Source: Balanoglossus misakiensis (taxonomy: Eukaryota > Animalia > Hemichordata). Taken from it: a stretch of 64,000 bases of DNA. The stretch is taken from the NCBI GenBank assembly GCA_040954595.2, contig CM082593.2:372001-436000 (forward strand). The letters are read 5' to 3'. Shown here in pieces: positions 41,425 through 53,600 of the stretch. Within the stretch, counting starts at the first letter, position 1. Every line of letters starts with the position of its first letter. Made by a program: the position numbers and the translations under genes. The notes beneath the pieces are model-generated. The model was not told where the DNA came from. It saw only the letters and a list, made by a program, of their open reading frames with translations, and did not search any database.

Positions 41425-44398
41425 CGTTATCGTAGATTTTGTTGACTGATATTGACAAATTGCTGGTCTGAAAAAGGATAAACATTAACAATTACTAATT
41501 GGATTCAGTGTTTTTAGCTCCAAGCATGTGTAAACATTAATAGACAACAATGCAAGACAAACCACTTAAACATTTATTGCCATTTTCTCCTTTTATATCT
41601 CCCCTCTTGACTTTACCTTTAGATTAATTGAAGGATTGATTAATCAGATTTTGCGATAATCACCTATATTCTCAGGTAAGTTACTTTTCAGCAAAATTGT
41701 GGACATTCACAACTTTGCTCCTCTTGGAGACAAAATAACATTGAATTCAGTGAACGTAGCATTTATCTGCATATTTTACTGAAGCAAAACGTGACTGTGA
41801 TTCATTTTTGTGAGCGCTTTCTGTGACTGTATATGTTCAATGTTTTGATCACCATTAAAACTCACAGAAATTCTATACCAGACTAAAAACCACAGACGTT
41901 TTTAGGTTTTCACTCACCTACTCTCACTGATGAAAAATCCAAACAAAACAGTCTCAGACGATGAACACCAAATGTCACTGTTGATTCCTGTGCTTTGCAC
42001 GAAAACTATCTTTCTTTAGGCATCTTTATCGTGTGCACTTGATTTCTGAGTGGATTCTGAAGCATGTATCAACTGTCTCGGGCTGTAAATATCGCGAACA
42101 TAAATATACGTTTAAATTTGCATAATGTGTCCCTATTGGCTGCCTGGTGTTACCATGGCTTGCAAATGTATAACTGATTTTCATATTATTTAAGCAGCTG
42201 TAGTGTTATATACCATATATGCCAGTAATTGTGTCCATAACATGTTGATTCTATGAAAGTTGGGTTATTTGATTATGTCCAGAAATGTACAAAAATCCGA
42301 GTCACCGTAATTTAATATTAATTGGTCGGTGTACGGAAAAAGCTAGTAGGCTGCTTGGTTCGTTTAGGAATAGTATTGTATTATTTCTATTTAAGGACAA
42401 GCCTATTCTTTCTTGACATTATACTGTTCTCTTGCATGAGAAATTGGGTTTTCATGACATGGAGATAATGTATCATCTCTTTTGATGGACAGTCTTTCAC
42501 TGTCCATATCTTTAAATAAAACGGTGTGCTGACATAAAGAATTTTGAAAGAAGAATAATAAATCTAATTTGACAAAAACTTGTAGATATAACATAGATGT
42601 TTTAGTTCACGGCTGTGAATGTGTTACTATCTTTTCATGTAATGGCAAATTAATACTGTTGCAGCATTCTGAAGAGAATGCTAACTTTCAATTTGAGCCT
42701 TGGAAATTACGGAATATAACAGTAGTGTAGCTGAGTTGTCATGAGCACTTGAATTTACGATCAGTTTTAACGACTGATAGTTCTGGTTAGAGAGCCTGAT
42801 ACAGATCATTCCACTCATATATTTCTAAACTACTTACAGAAGTTCAGCCGTTATTTGAAAGTTAATGACATTATGAAATAGTAATGGAGAAGACGACAAA
42901 TGGAAATTATATGGAGACTCAGCCAATACAGGAAAGTTAAGCATGTCTGGACATGATGCCTTAGGGATTCTGTAATGAAACAGGTAAGTTTTCAGCTTTC
43001 AGTTGGTTGTCATGGATATAGCGTGCATGAAAGGAGACATATTTATTCCAATAAGAACAATTTTCCATTTGTGATGTAGAAGTAATACATCCAAGAATTA
43101 TCACACATTTCCAAATGAGAAAGCCCAAAAAGGAGTATAATATACAATTACTGAGGAGGATAACAAACAGGCAAAAATAATAATATGGATCTAACATGTA
43201 ATGTCGAGCTCATTGGATTACTGGTTTTCTGTTACTCGAGGCGGTTGGATTCTGAGATTTACGTCAAACATAGTCAGATCCCACAGTGCTAGCTGTAAAT
43301 AAGTCTGAGCTGCCTAGCCAGACTGAGTATTTTCTCTGTGAGTTTTAAGGTAAAATAGCAGTTCAGTCCAAGTCATTTCAAATTATTTTCAGTCAGAGTT
43401 TTTTTGTTGAAGTGAAAGAGGTATAGTAACTGAGAACAACAAGTGGTTGGATGGTTTAATTTTACTCGTTCAATGGCCAGATCTTGGCTCAGAATTTTTA
43501 CCAGTGATAATACTGATTTCAATTTAAGCTGAACATATTATTTGGAATAAAGTAAACCCAGCACTTTATTGTTTTCGGTCGTTTCAAGTGACATGCTTTG
43601 AAAACTGTGCATTTCAAAAGTTGATTTACATCAATATCTACAGACGCTGTATGATTTCCTGATGGACTGTCTATCATATAGAACTTGAGGTAAGTCACAT
43701 TGTGTTCTTTTATTTTGAGATATGTTTCATGTCATGAGAAATTTCTATCCTTGAGTCCAAAGCAGCCTAAAGCTATTTTAGACGGAACTCACGCTGTGAT
43801 TTCATTGAAAGTATTAAAAAGGAATATGATATGTTTTTGAGTCCCTGCCAAGTTGTGTGTGGTTATCAAGCCTAGGGATGATTTGCATTCCCTGAATCCT
43901 GACATTTTTGAATACCTGCCGTGGTGTTTGTAAGTAATAGAAAAACATTCTCTGCAGGATTATTTGCTTAGTAATTGTAGCGCAGAAGTACATTTTGCTG
44001 CCGTGCATCATTATTCTAATTTTTCTAAAGTAGTTTTCACCTCACGTCTTCTAGTTATGTGCACATCATTTGATCATGATAGAATACTAAAAAAGACGAA
44101 CTTTGGCGTAAATTGGCTGATATACGCAGGTATTACGTGAGTGACAAGTATTGTCGCCATGGTGACGCTGATGGGTTGAATAATATAGCCATTGTGAGTG
44201 TGAATGAATTAGAAGAAAAACATGTGCCTATGATCTTTACATGAATACCAAAATAACTGAAAGACCAGTTTATGCGCATCAAATCTTTCATCAGTGTGAA
44301 TGCATACCATGGTAATATTTGTCTTTCCGTGTATTACAAACACTGCAGAGATCTCAGTAATGGCAGTGATGGCACTAGTACCGGTACATGTATATTTA

Positions 44399-44519
44399 AG
44401 CAATAACGCGAGTTTTGGGTACAATTCGAGACATATAGCACGAGCCGTCAGGCGAGTGCTATATGGAGCGATTTGTACCCAAATCGAGTGTATACCCGAC
44501 TAAGGCGGGGGTTATTGCT
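44399..44519. repeat. Nested palindrome, probably the end of a non-autonomous DNA element
   Basis: Pairs: agcaataac/gttattgct, tttgggtacaa/ttgtacccaaa and catatagcac/gtgctatatg around a gccgtcaggc loop. Confidence 0.65.
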
Positions 44520-46012
44520 ATTATATTATATCAACAATTGTTTTTGTGGCATATCAGTATTTTCTTACCGAAACGGCGTCAGAAAGAGAAATTACGATCG
44601 TGAATCAATATGGCGACGATGAATGTAAACACGAGCGGCTGGGATCGAGCATTAAACATGCAGCAGACGACAAAAAGTGACAAGACGGGCATCGCGCGTG
44701 GCAAAGTGACAAATATTTCCACAGAGCAGTTCCACTTTAATCCTCTTTAATCAATTGGGCAACTGCAGTCACAATGTGAATTAAAATGTAAATGGAGATG
44801 GAATGTTTTTAAACTTTGTCAGATGATGGCAATTAACTGATCTACCCAGTAGTTCTAATTTAAAGGATACACTTACTAATTGTATAGCTATATGGGTTGG
44901 TCGGAGGCTATCAGAAAATGTCATGAAAGTTGATATGGCGCACTGACCTTAGGTAGATCTAAATTGCATCAGCAATTATAGCCGCAGGACGTACGGTAGA
45001 TCAATGAAAATAACTTTCTTCCATTTTACGTATTGGGCTAATTGCTTTGTGTAATATAAAAGGCACATGGTAGCTATAGAAAGAGTTGGATAAAACTCTG
45101 TTTTTTTTATTGTATAAAACTTCATACTGTGTAATTTCCACCTTTAAAAATGTACGTATAAAAAGACAATTACAAAGTAAATTCTTTGCAAATATTCCAA
45201 GAGAGAGATTTTGGCAAAACAACACATATTCTGGGTCATGGAATTGCTTAATGTGAGACAGGTAAAAGTCTCTGATGTCAATAAGAAAATAAAAAATGAC
45301 TTTCATATTGTACAGATCCGAATTGCCATGTATCATTGCTAAAAAGCTCTGTACATGTTATATGATGTGAAATATCATACATGAAACTTTTGATTTGGAC
45401 GGAATTAATTTCACTAAAGAGATGCTTCAAGTTCTTTTAGCTGTAACTTTATTTTGTTGTGTATATCTTGCCTTGTTCAAATCCCTGAAAGCATGTTGAA
45501 ATGCACGGTATCTAGCTCCTAAAAATACTGATAAATAGCATCAAGTCACTATCATAATACTATATGCTTGATTTCCAAGTTCAATGATTCAATTCCGTGA
45601 ATAAGTGGGTATATACAATAATGCTTGACTTGCTGACAACTTCAAAATAAAACTATCTAGACATGGACGGAACCAAAAGTACAAAGAAATCTATAGATGT
45701 CTATAGAATTCTAACACTTCAATAGCTAGGCTATAGAATTCTAAAGATATCTATAGAATGTTTTTGTATGCGATGCGATAAGATAGCCAGCTGTGAAAAG
45801 GCTTGAATGCTCAAAATGGTCTTATGTTCGTGAACCCAGCCTTGTCGTAGGTGGCGCTGTCTGTCAGGGAGCTCACATTTACCTCAGCGTCCATGCATAT
45901 AGTCCCACAAATACCCAAAAAGTTTGTAAACTTGTTCATTGTTGTCACATGTACTGTATTCAACATAGTCTGTAACTCGTCGCACTGGTTTTTAACCAGT
46001 ATGATAAATGGT

Positions 46013-49000
46013 TTAAGCTTGGCTTTCTGCTGTGGCTATCTGTGTCCAGTAATCCGGTTGTTTTGTGTCGCTGGGGTCTTTTTCTTCTTTTTTGTCCTTC
46101 GGTTCCGGATCTTCGGATGGCCAAATCCTTTTTCTGATTGAAAGTTACAAAAATCAGAAATGTTAAAGAAATAGATGGCAATATATAATCCCCAGTAAGT
46201 GATATGTGGTGATAGGTGCTCAGACATCTTGATGATGACGGCCAAAGACCGGTGGATACACTTTGGCAATTATAAGCTCTAGTTGTGTGGAGCATTACGT
46301 GTAACGCCAGTTTTACTTTGAGTATAAGAGCACAGACCATTTCTGACCTGTTCGGCAACGTGATCTGATGACTCTCGCATCCCCTGCTGATTATTAAGGC
46401 TTCAATTATGGTAGTGCACTGTTAACACATTAAATGAACATGTACTCACGAATTGTTTTCTCCATTATATATGCAAATTGCCATGATAAACACAGCTGCA
46501 ACTCCAAATATAAGAACAGTGACAAGGGTTGCTAGATAAGTGTCTGTCAAGTCGATCACTATTGTTGTTGGAGTCTGAAAAGTAAATGTATATCAGAAGC
46601 ACAATTATTAGTAATTATACCCTAAGGCCTGGTGCACCCACAACTATGCAATGCCAAAAATTAAGTCAAACATTGTATAACTTACAGGTCCAGGGGTTAT
46701 CATAATTTCCACGTTTGTTTCAGACGTTTTCAAATCCCAAGTTTGCTCTGAGTCCACTTCAACAGCCTGAAATACAGATGTAACAACAACGTTGAAATTC
46801 ATAAATGCATCATTAAGAGCTGACGTACCATTACACCTACATGTTTTTGCTGACAGCTCACTTTGATCATTTGTTGCTAGTGTATCGGTCATAGTTCCCA
46901 ACTTGATCCTCACTATGTAAGAGACCCTAATTGATCTAGAAATGGTACAGTTTAATACCACTTGCAAAAATAGCATGAGTTTAGTGTCATAATGCATCTT
47001 TACTGTAAAATATGTTTCGCATGAAGAAATATGCAGGCCATATATGAATAAACAGGAAAGGTTTGTAAAGGAAGTTAGACTAACCATCACGGTTAAATTC
47101 CATTCGCCGTAAAGCGATGCGTTGAGTGCTTTCTTAATGTATATCTCTCCACTGTGCATATTTATGTCGAAGTAGTCATCAATGATAACGTTATCGGTAC
47201 CTGGAAAGACAAAATATTTATTAGCCCCTTAAAATGATATTGATTGTAATTATATTAAAGTTATGCAGTGATGTGTCAATATATGTTTTTCTACTATCTG
47301 AGAATACCATATAAAGCTTTGAAAAACAATCTGTAACAATTTTCTCAGATTGCTTATTGTATTAACAATTAATACGGTTACTTACTATTTGATATAAAAT
47401 AGAAAATTTCATTTGGAGTGTCTCGATCGCCATCCCTCGCAGTCACCACTATGATGGTAGAATTCTGAAATTCAAAACAAAATCCAATAAGTATCCTTGA
47501 CAAGAAAGGGTCTTTGGAAATCATACTATTCTGCTCTTTGTATAAAACTAAACTTTTTTGCGAATCATACCGGTACATGTACATGCCCTCCTATTGTGTT
47601 GTCATAGAAGTCAAATCTTCACTCACCACTGCCATGGTGTCATACACTGTGCACCAATAGGGTTCACCAATCCATTGTGGCGGCATATCTTGCATGTCAA
47701 TGACAAGAACTGTCACATTCATGGATGTTGAGAGGGGGCCTGGGATACTTCCTTCATCCTTGATTTTGGAAAAGTGAAATAAAACATAATAGCAGTTGTA
47801 CTTAAGGTACACAGTCCCCTCCAATTTTAATTTTTTTTTATATAGGTCCATAAATAAATGGCTTTTAGTGAATCTGAGTGAAAATGTGTTGGATGAAACA
47901 ACAGTATCTGCCTAGAGCAAGTGACAAAAGTGTATATTTGGCTGATTCACAATAACACCTCAACACCACACATGTATGGCGCCCCTTCACTTTCTTGTAG
48001 CTGACGGGTGTTCAACTTTCCATTATCACAATGTACAAGGAGCTAGTAAAATGATATCTTTCGTATTCTGACAGCATGTGTCTCTAAAAGATCAAACAGG
48101 AAACTACATGTATGATGGATCGGACAAAACAGATACACTATATTATCAACATTGCAGTTTCTGTTCCCTAGTGCAGTGATATCACAATAGGATTATGTCA
48201 ATCATCTTATAATTACCGTTGCAATCAGAAGAAGAGCATATTCTGTTTTTAATTCATAATCTAATGCAGCTGTGAGACTGACATCACCGGTCCAATCTCC
48301 GTGGTCTTCCAGATGAAACGTGCCATTCCAATTCTGAAAAGAAAAGAAAAGAAAATTCTATACCTACTTTCTATCTGATTAGGGAAAAGCAAACTTGCTT
48401 AAGACTGACCGGGCGAGATATTTTCAGGCTGTAAAAGACATTGAGAAATGAAACGTGGCTACGATGACATAGACAAGGGCGTATCCACGAAACTTACTTT
48501 TTCTTCTATCATAGTCAGCGACCCCATACCATTTGCACCTGTGTCATCATCAGTTACAGTCACTTTAAAAATTATTGTACCAATATCTTCATGCTGAAAG
48601 AAATGTAGTATTTTCGTATGTGAGGAATTATAGTCTAAATTTGTTTGGTGATTCCTTTGAAAACCTGGTCAAAGGCAACACTAGGATGTACGTTCCATCC
48701 CGTGGAATTGGTCCCTCAGACAGCGCCCCCAAGGGCGACTTAGTGCATTTACTTTCATACAAGCAAATACGTTGAATCCAGTTTTTAGCCATAAAGCGAG
48801 ATCTTTTTTTGATTTTCAGGGGAACCCCACACGATTGATAAGTGAGATCACATGTCTGTTTTGTGGCATGCACAACTTGGTATAGAAAACCATTGTATGA
48901 AATAAACTTCATAAGTTGCTTGTGTTTAATGAATCTGTATTTACCTCACTGACATCAACATTTGATGGAGTCATAATACTGAACTTTGGAGCATTATCGT

Positions 49001-50616
49001 TTACATCCGTTACATATACTGTTACATCAGTATTTACCTAAAGTAATGAGATAATAGATTGTACAATAATTAATGCTTTTCCCTTCTGTTGAAAAAAATG
49101 TATTATCAACTGACAAACAAAGGCTAAGGTGCCAGGGAGAGTGCTTTAAATATTTTCCATTAGGTTTTTCATTGTCAATATAGTTCTACTTTAAGCATGG
49201 TTGGGCTAATGAAACAAGTGTTCACTGACAAAATATGTGACAACAAATGTTGATGAATTTTACTCACCGCTGTATTGGTTCCATCTTCCAGTAACCATGT
49301 AATGCCATGCCTGGTATTAACCTGTCATGCAGATGTACTGCGTTTTACATTTTATTGAATTCATAATTTTGGCCGATTTCTGAAGTGCATGGAAATAATG
49401 AGTAAATCTATCTTATATACGGTACAAATACAGTGTGTGCATAGTTCACCCACCTCATAATCTAAATTCCGTTTGAGCTGAACACCAACATGTGTACAGT
49501 TTCCTCCGTCCTCCAGTTTAAAGTAATCATCGCCCGCACCAGCATCGATGGAAAAAGAAACGCAATCGCCATCTGGATCAGTTGCTATCAATGTGTAAAT
49601 GACGACACCTGCGTAAAAATGCACAGTAGGCTTTAGAAAAAATGATGATAAATTTCGTCCTTTTTGCAGGCATGTTGAACTTTGCTGTGCTTCCTCAAAA
49701 TACGCATAAAACAAACGTCTTTCATTATCACACTTGATGCGACAGTTTTGGCACTCTCTGACCTTAAGATTTGCTATGAATACGTGATAATTATCTCAGT
49801 TTCATTGTCTCTATCCAAGTATATATTTCATCGTTGGTATTGACGCAAAGTAATGAAAATCAGCGCCAAAATGTGGCAGTTACAACCCACTCAACAAGGT
49901 TGTGATTTGTAGGCCATATAAAAATCGCATCTATAAACCGGCCACCAACAGGGTAGCTTAAATTATCACTGCTGCGATGGCGTGAGCCAGGTTGATGAAA
50001 TTTGATTAAAACATCTTATTTGGTCATGCTTCGTGATTCAGTTGCTACCAACCGAGCCATAATTTAGCTGGCTCAAAATGGATTAGCATCGGTAATACAC
50101 CGTGTGTTACATTCCCACCCATTTCACAACCTGGTATTTGAACCTGCACTCAAGTGTTTACATGGTTGGGTTTTATGGACTTGTTTGTGCTTTTTATTCT
50201 CAAAAATATATGCATGGTTAAATTTGGCTCACCACTAATTTCACTCACCTATCGCTGTGTTTTCTGGGAATTGTTCTTTGTCCATATCATAATGCTTCTG
50301 GGGACTTGTGTTTGGTATTTCAGCAAATGTTGGTGGTAAGTTTGCATTTGCTGAGAAACAGAAATGAAAATGATGATAAACAATTGAAAATATTATATCA
50401 TATGAAACTAAATAAGCATTCTTTGTAGGCTTGTCATGTTTCTCTTCACTGATACATTGGATTGAATATGTGTTGAGTTTTTTAAAGATGAATTTTGCTT
50501 GTATAGACTATCTCAGACAAAATTTATACCAGAAACGTCTGGACCCTTAGGGAACCATACCGATAATATGAAATGAAAAAAAAAATTAGCTTCTGGTTCA
50601 GTACTTTTATCGGCAT
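46013..50616 (-). CDS. Compact cadherin-related single-pass protein (3 EC repeats, TM, short tail; CDH23/CDHR1/Cad87A-like), ~440 aa
   Basis: Exons (- strand): [50616-50561, putative signal peptide, frame problem], 50350-50249, 49608-49454, 49321-49268, 49037-48945, 48593-48498, 48333-48217, 47758-47627, 47464-47386, 47200-47085, 46766-46686, 46574-46450, 46133-46013. Cadherin Ca2+ motifs: PE, ATDPD, LDYE, DVNDNAP, TDDD, LDYE, DMQDMPP, ARDGD. TM LATLVTVLIFGVAAVFIMAICIY; tail ends ...YWTQIATAESQA*. Start exon uncertain. Confidence 0.85.
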
Positions 50617-53348
50617 ATGCTGTCTTCACCTTTATCACTACATTACTCAGAGCTTGAATTTCTTGTCAATATGCCTAATGCATAGCCAATTTTAGGCGTA
50701 AGAAGTAACTGTTTACAGTTGGTCACTGACTGTGTTGTAAGGACTACTACAGGTACATGTACTTTGAAATGGTGAGCAAACAAAGCGATGACAAAGTACA
50801 GCAACAGGCAATTCTACCTGTACTATCGCCAAACAAACAGAGTCATTAGATACAAACAGGCACAAGAGTTACCTATGAGTTGTTACATTACACAGACACA
50901 AAAATGGCATTTAGGGGACACATTCCAATGTTTTGTTAGAGTTTAGTTTTCAGGATTGTAAAATTAATTCTGTTCTGTGACTTTTACTATCATGGTGACA
51001 AATTCACAGAGCCTCCTCCTTAAGTTACAAGTCCACAGAAATCTTAATCTTAAGTTTATTGGTGATGGCTATATTGAGATTGGATTTCATGTAGACATGC
51101 AGACAGCCAACTCTGCATGGTCAAAGTATATTTGAAACGCATGCTTGACACTGGGCAGTCATCGGAATTACATGCCATCGAACAGTGTTGCTAAGCTACA
51201 CAGCTATCCTGACTAGATAGTCCCCGCTTGATTGCAGATACACTATGGCCAATATTATAACCTTCACGTTTTTGACAAAACAGATGCTGTACATTTATAC
51301 ATTGTGCAAGAATTGAAGGAAATAGTGTCTGCTGGAATATCTGAAGTGTCTTGTCCTTGTTAAAAGTTGTTAAAACAAGTGGGGTTTATCGAAACCTACC
51401 AAAATATAGTTTCTTAACAACAATGGCATTTGTGTTGCATTTCGATGCATTTCAACACCATAACATCAGTCCGACAAAACAACTAAATAACATAAGTTAA
51501 CCAAAGAAATGTGTTCATTGGTTACTGTCTGAACCTACCTGTAGAGATGAGACAATGTAGTAGAAGGCAAAATTGTGTGAGTGATAGAGAAGTCTTGACA
51601 GGTGCCATCGCGCTGAGGTTAGAGTTCACCCTTGAGCCATCCATAGACTCGAATCTCCGAAGGGAAAGAACACTATTAAACTGTAAAGAATTTAAAATGC
51701 AACAGTTACAGTCCAAATACACATTCACAATCCATTTGTATAGAAAGAACGGTACGTGATATGGTGAGTTGTGCAGCTAGCTGTGAAACAAATCTTCTTT
51801 GTAAACTTAGAGCAGCAGAACAGAACATGCGAACAGTACGGCAACTTCTGACACAGAACATATCTTGGTATTGGCATGTTTCCAAGTTGACATAATTATA
51901 CATCTGAGGGGCTATAGCATTTTATTACTTTATATATACAAGAAAGAGAAGGGGCTTTGTTGTATACTTTGAAAATTTGAGCAGGTTATTTTATATAATC
52001 TGTAAATTGAGCGACGAGGGTAATGCCTGGATTACAGGGAATCAATTAGATGATTGACTGGAGTAAATAGCTGGCAATTCAGTTTAAATTGATACCAGCA
52101 GATAATTGTCTTTGCCTGGTGAATCCTAATCTGTCTTGGTTTTTGTTCCTTTCTGTCTGTCTCAGAGACTGCTTGTCTCTAGTTGACAGGAAATTCCCCT
52201 AAAACGATATTGGCAATTTTTTACAATCTTTGTTGAGAGTAGATGGTACATATGGGCCGGTTGCTATATTTGCTACTTCACGAAATATACTGGGGTGTAC
52301 CATATGCGTGTACAACTGACCTTGTGCCAAATGGCAATCATATATCAATGAGCAGCAATTGACTAATCAACTAAATGGAATTATAGATCATTACATAAAT
52401 TAACTTCATGTTTATCACGCCATATATAATAAGGTGCAAATGGCCTTTGACATCATGATAAGGCGTGGACAAAAATATACGGCAGTGTCAGTCATGGCTG
52501 TACCCCGTTGTTATGGCGACGCTTCATGTTTGATGCACTAGGTATCGACCGGGTGGACGACTGATGAGATACAATGTTTAATACTACCCAAACGTCCTCG
52601 TACAATCCACACTTGGTACAGCCATTATTAATGATGTCACCAAATGTTGATCTCTCCAAGAAGTGGGCTGTACAACATGTACTTGCAACCCATGCCAGTT
52701 GTCATGGTAACTACTACTTCTTTCATGCTTGAGTATTTAGGTGAATCATAAGAGAATCTACTTGTTATTCCAAAATGTCAATTAAAAGCTTAAATTATGT
52801 TTTAAATAAACCATATTGCATGTTGTAGACTGCATTGGCTTGTAACTCAGTAACCTTTGTCCCTGCATGGTCAGAAGTAAATTTGTTTAGTAAAGAAGAC
52901 CTTGCCAGATTAATAATTAAATTTTGTATTATCTGTTCGCAATCATCAAACACAACTTTGTGTTCAGATGTCATTCAATTGTTGATTAGACCTCTATACA
53001 CTGGCGTATGTACATGTCAGAGGTCAGGTAGGGACTCCCCCGCTGAAACCATGGAAACTGGCATGAAAAGCCAAGATCTTGTACACTATGTGTTCCTACA
53101 CTCATAATGACAACCTGATTCCTATGTTGCAAGAAATACTGTTTTATGAATTGGCTGTACTTCTTGAATTTTAAACATTATAATTAAACCAAAAGTTCAT
53201 GGTCAGTGGATTAAGAAAACATAATGTATCAGGTGTTTATTGTCCTATCTGAGAAAACTTCATTTTGCCAAATAAAATAAAATCCAACATATAGAGAGGC
53301 TTGTCATATTATATTGAACATGATCGTGCGTATAGAAAAAGTACTCAC

Positions 53349-53600
53349 TGCGTTTGTTATAGATAGCTGCCTCTGAGTAATACACACACTCCTCTGTGCC
53401 AGTCTCTGCTAGTCCACTGGAATGGTGTCACCGTGTACACTTCAATCCATGAATTTGATCAGTTGGCTTCTATCTCCATTTCCAAAACAGTTACCGTTGT
53501 AATTGTGGTTAAAAATTCAGCAGCATTAACGTAGAATACGGGTCAAATTGTGAAACGTTCTTGACACAGATGGAATAAGATTCAGTCGAGCTCCGCCGGC
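53349..53600 (-). other. Possible non-coding 5' exon of the cadherin gene
   Basis: Consensus GCA|gtgagt donor on - at 53348 next to a locally CpG-richer stretch, with no long ORF. The upstream boundary is approximate. Confidence 0.25.

Noticed and set aside
43345-43785. Possible TTAA-flanked Kolobok-like element
   Set aside because: Only a partial terminal inverted match (taaaatagc/gctatttta) and no second copy in the window.
45960-46386. 132-aa ORF as the cadherin cytoplasmic exon
   Set aside because: Weak acceptor and implausible composition. The acceptor at 46134 has a strong pyrimidine tract and gives a typical charged tail in phase.
52550-52600. CTGATGAG resembling a hammerhead ribozyme core
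   Set aside because: No paired stem II and no GAAA (it reads CAAA). The other CTGATGA hits I checked on both strands also lacked the full core.
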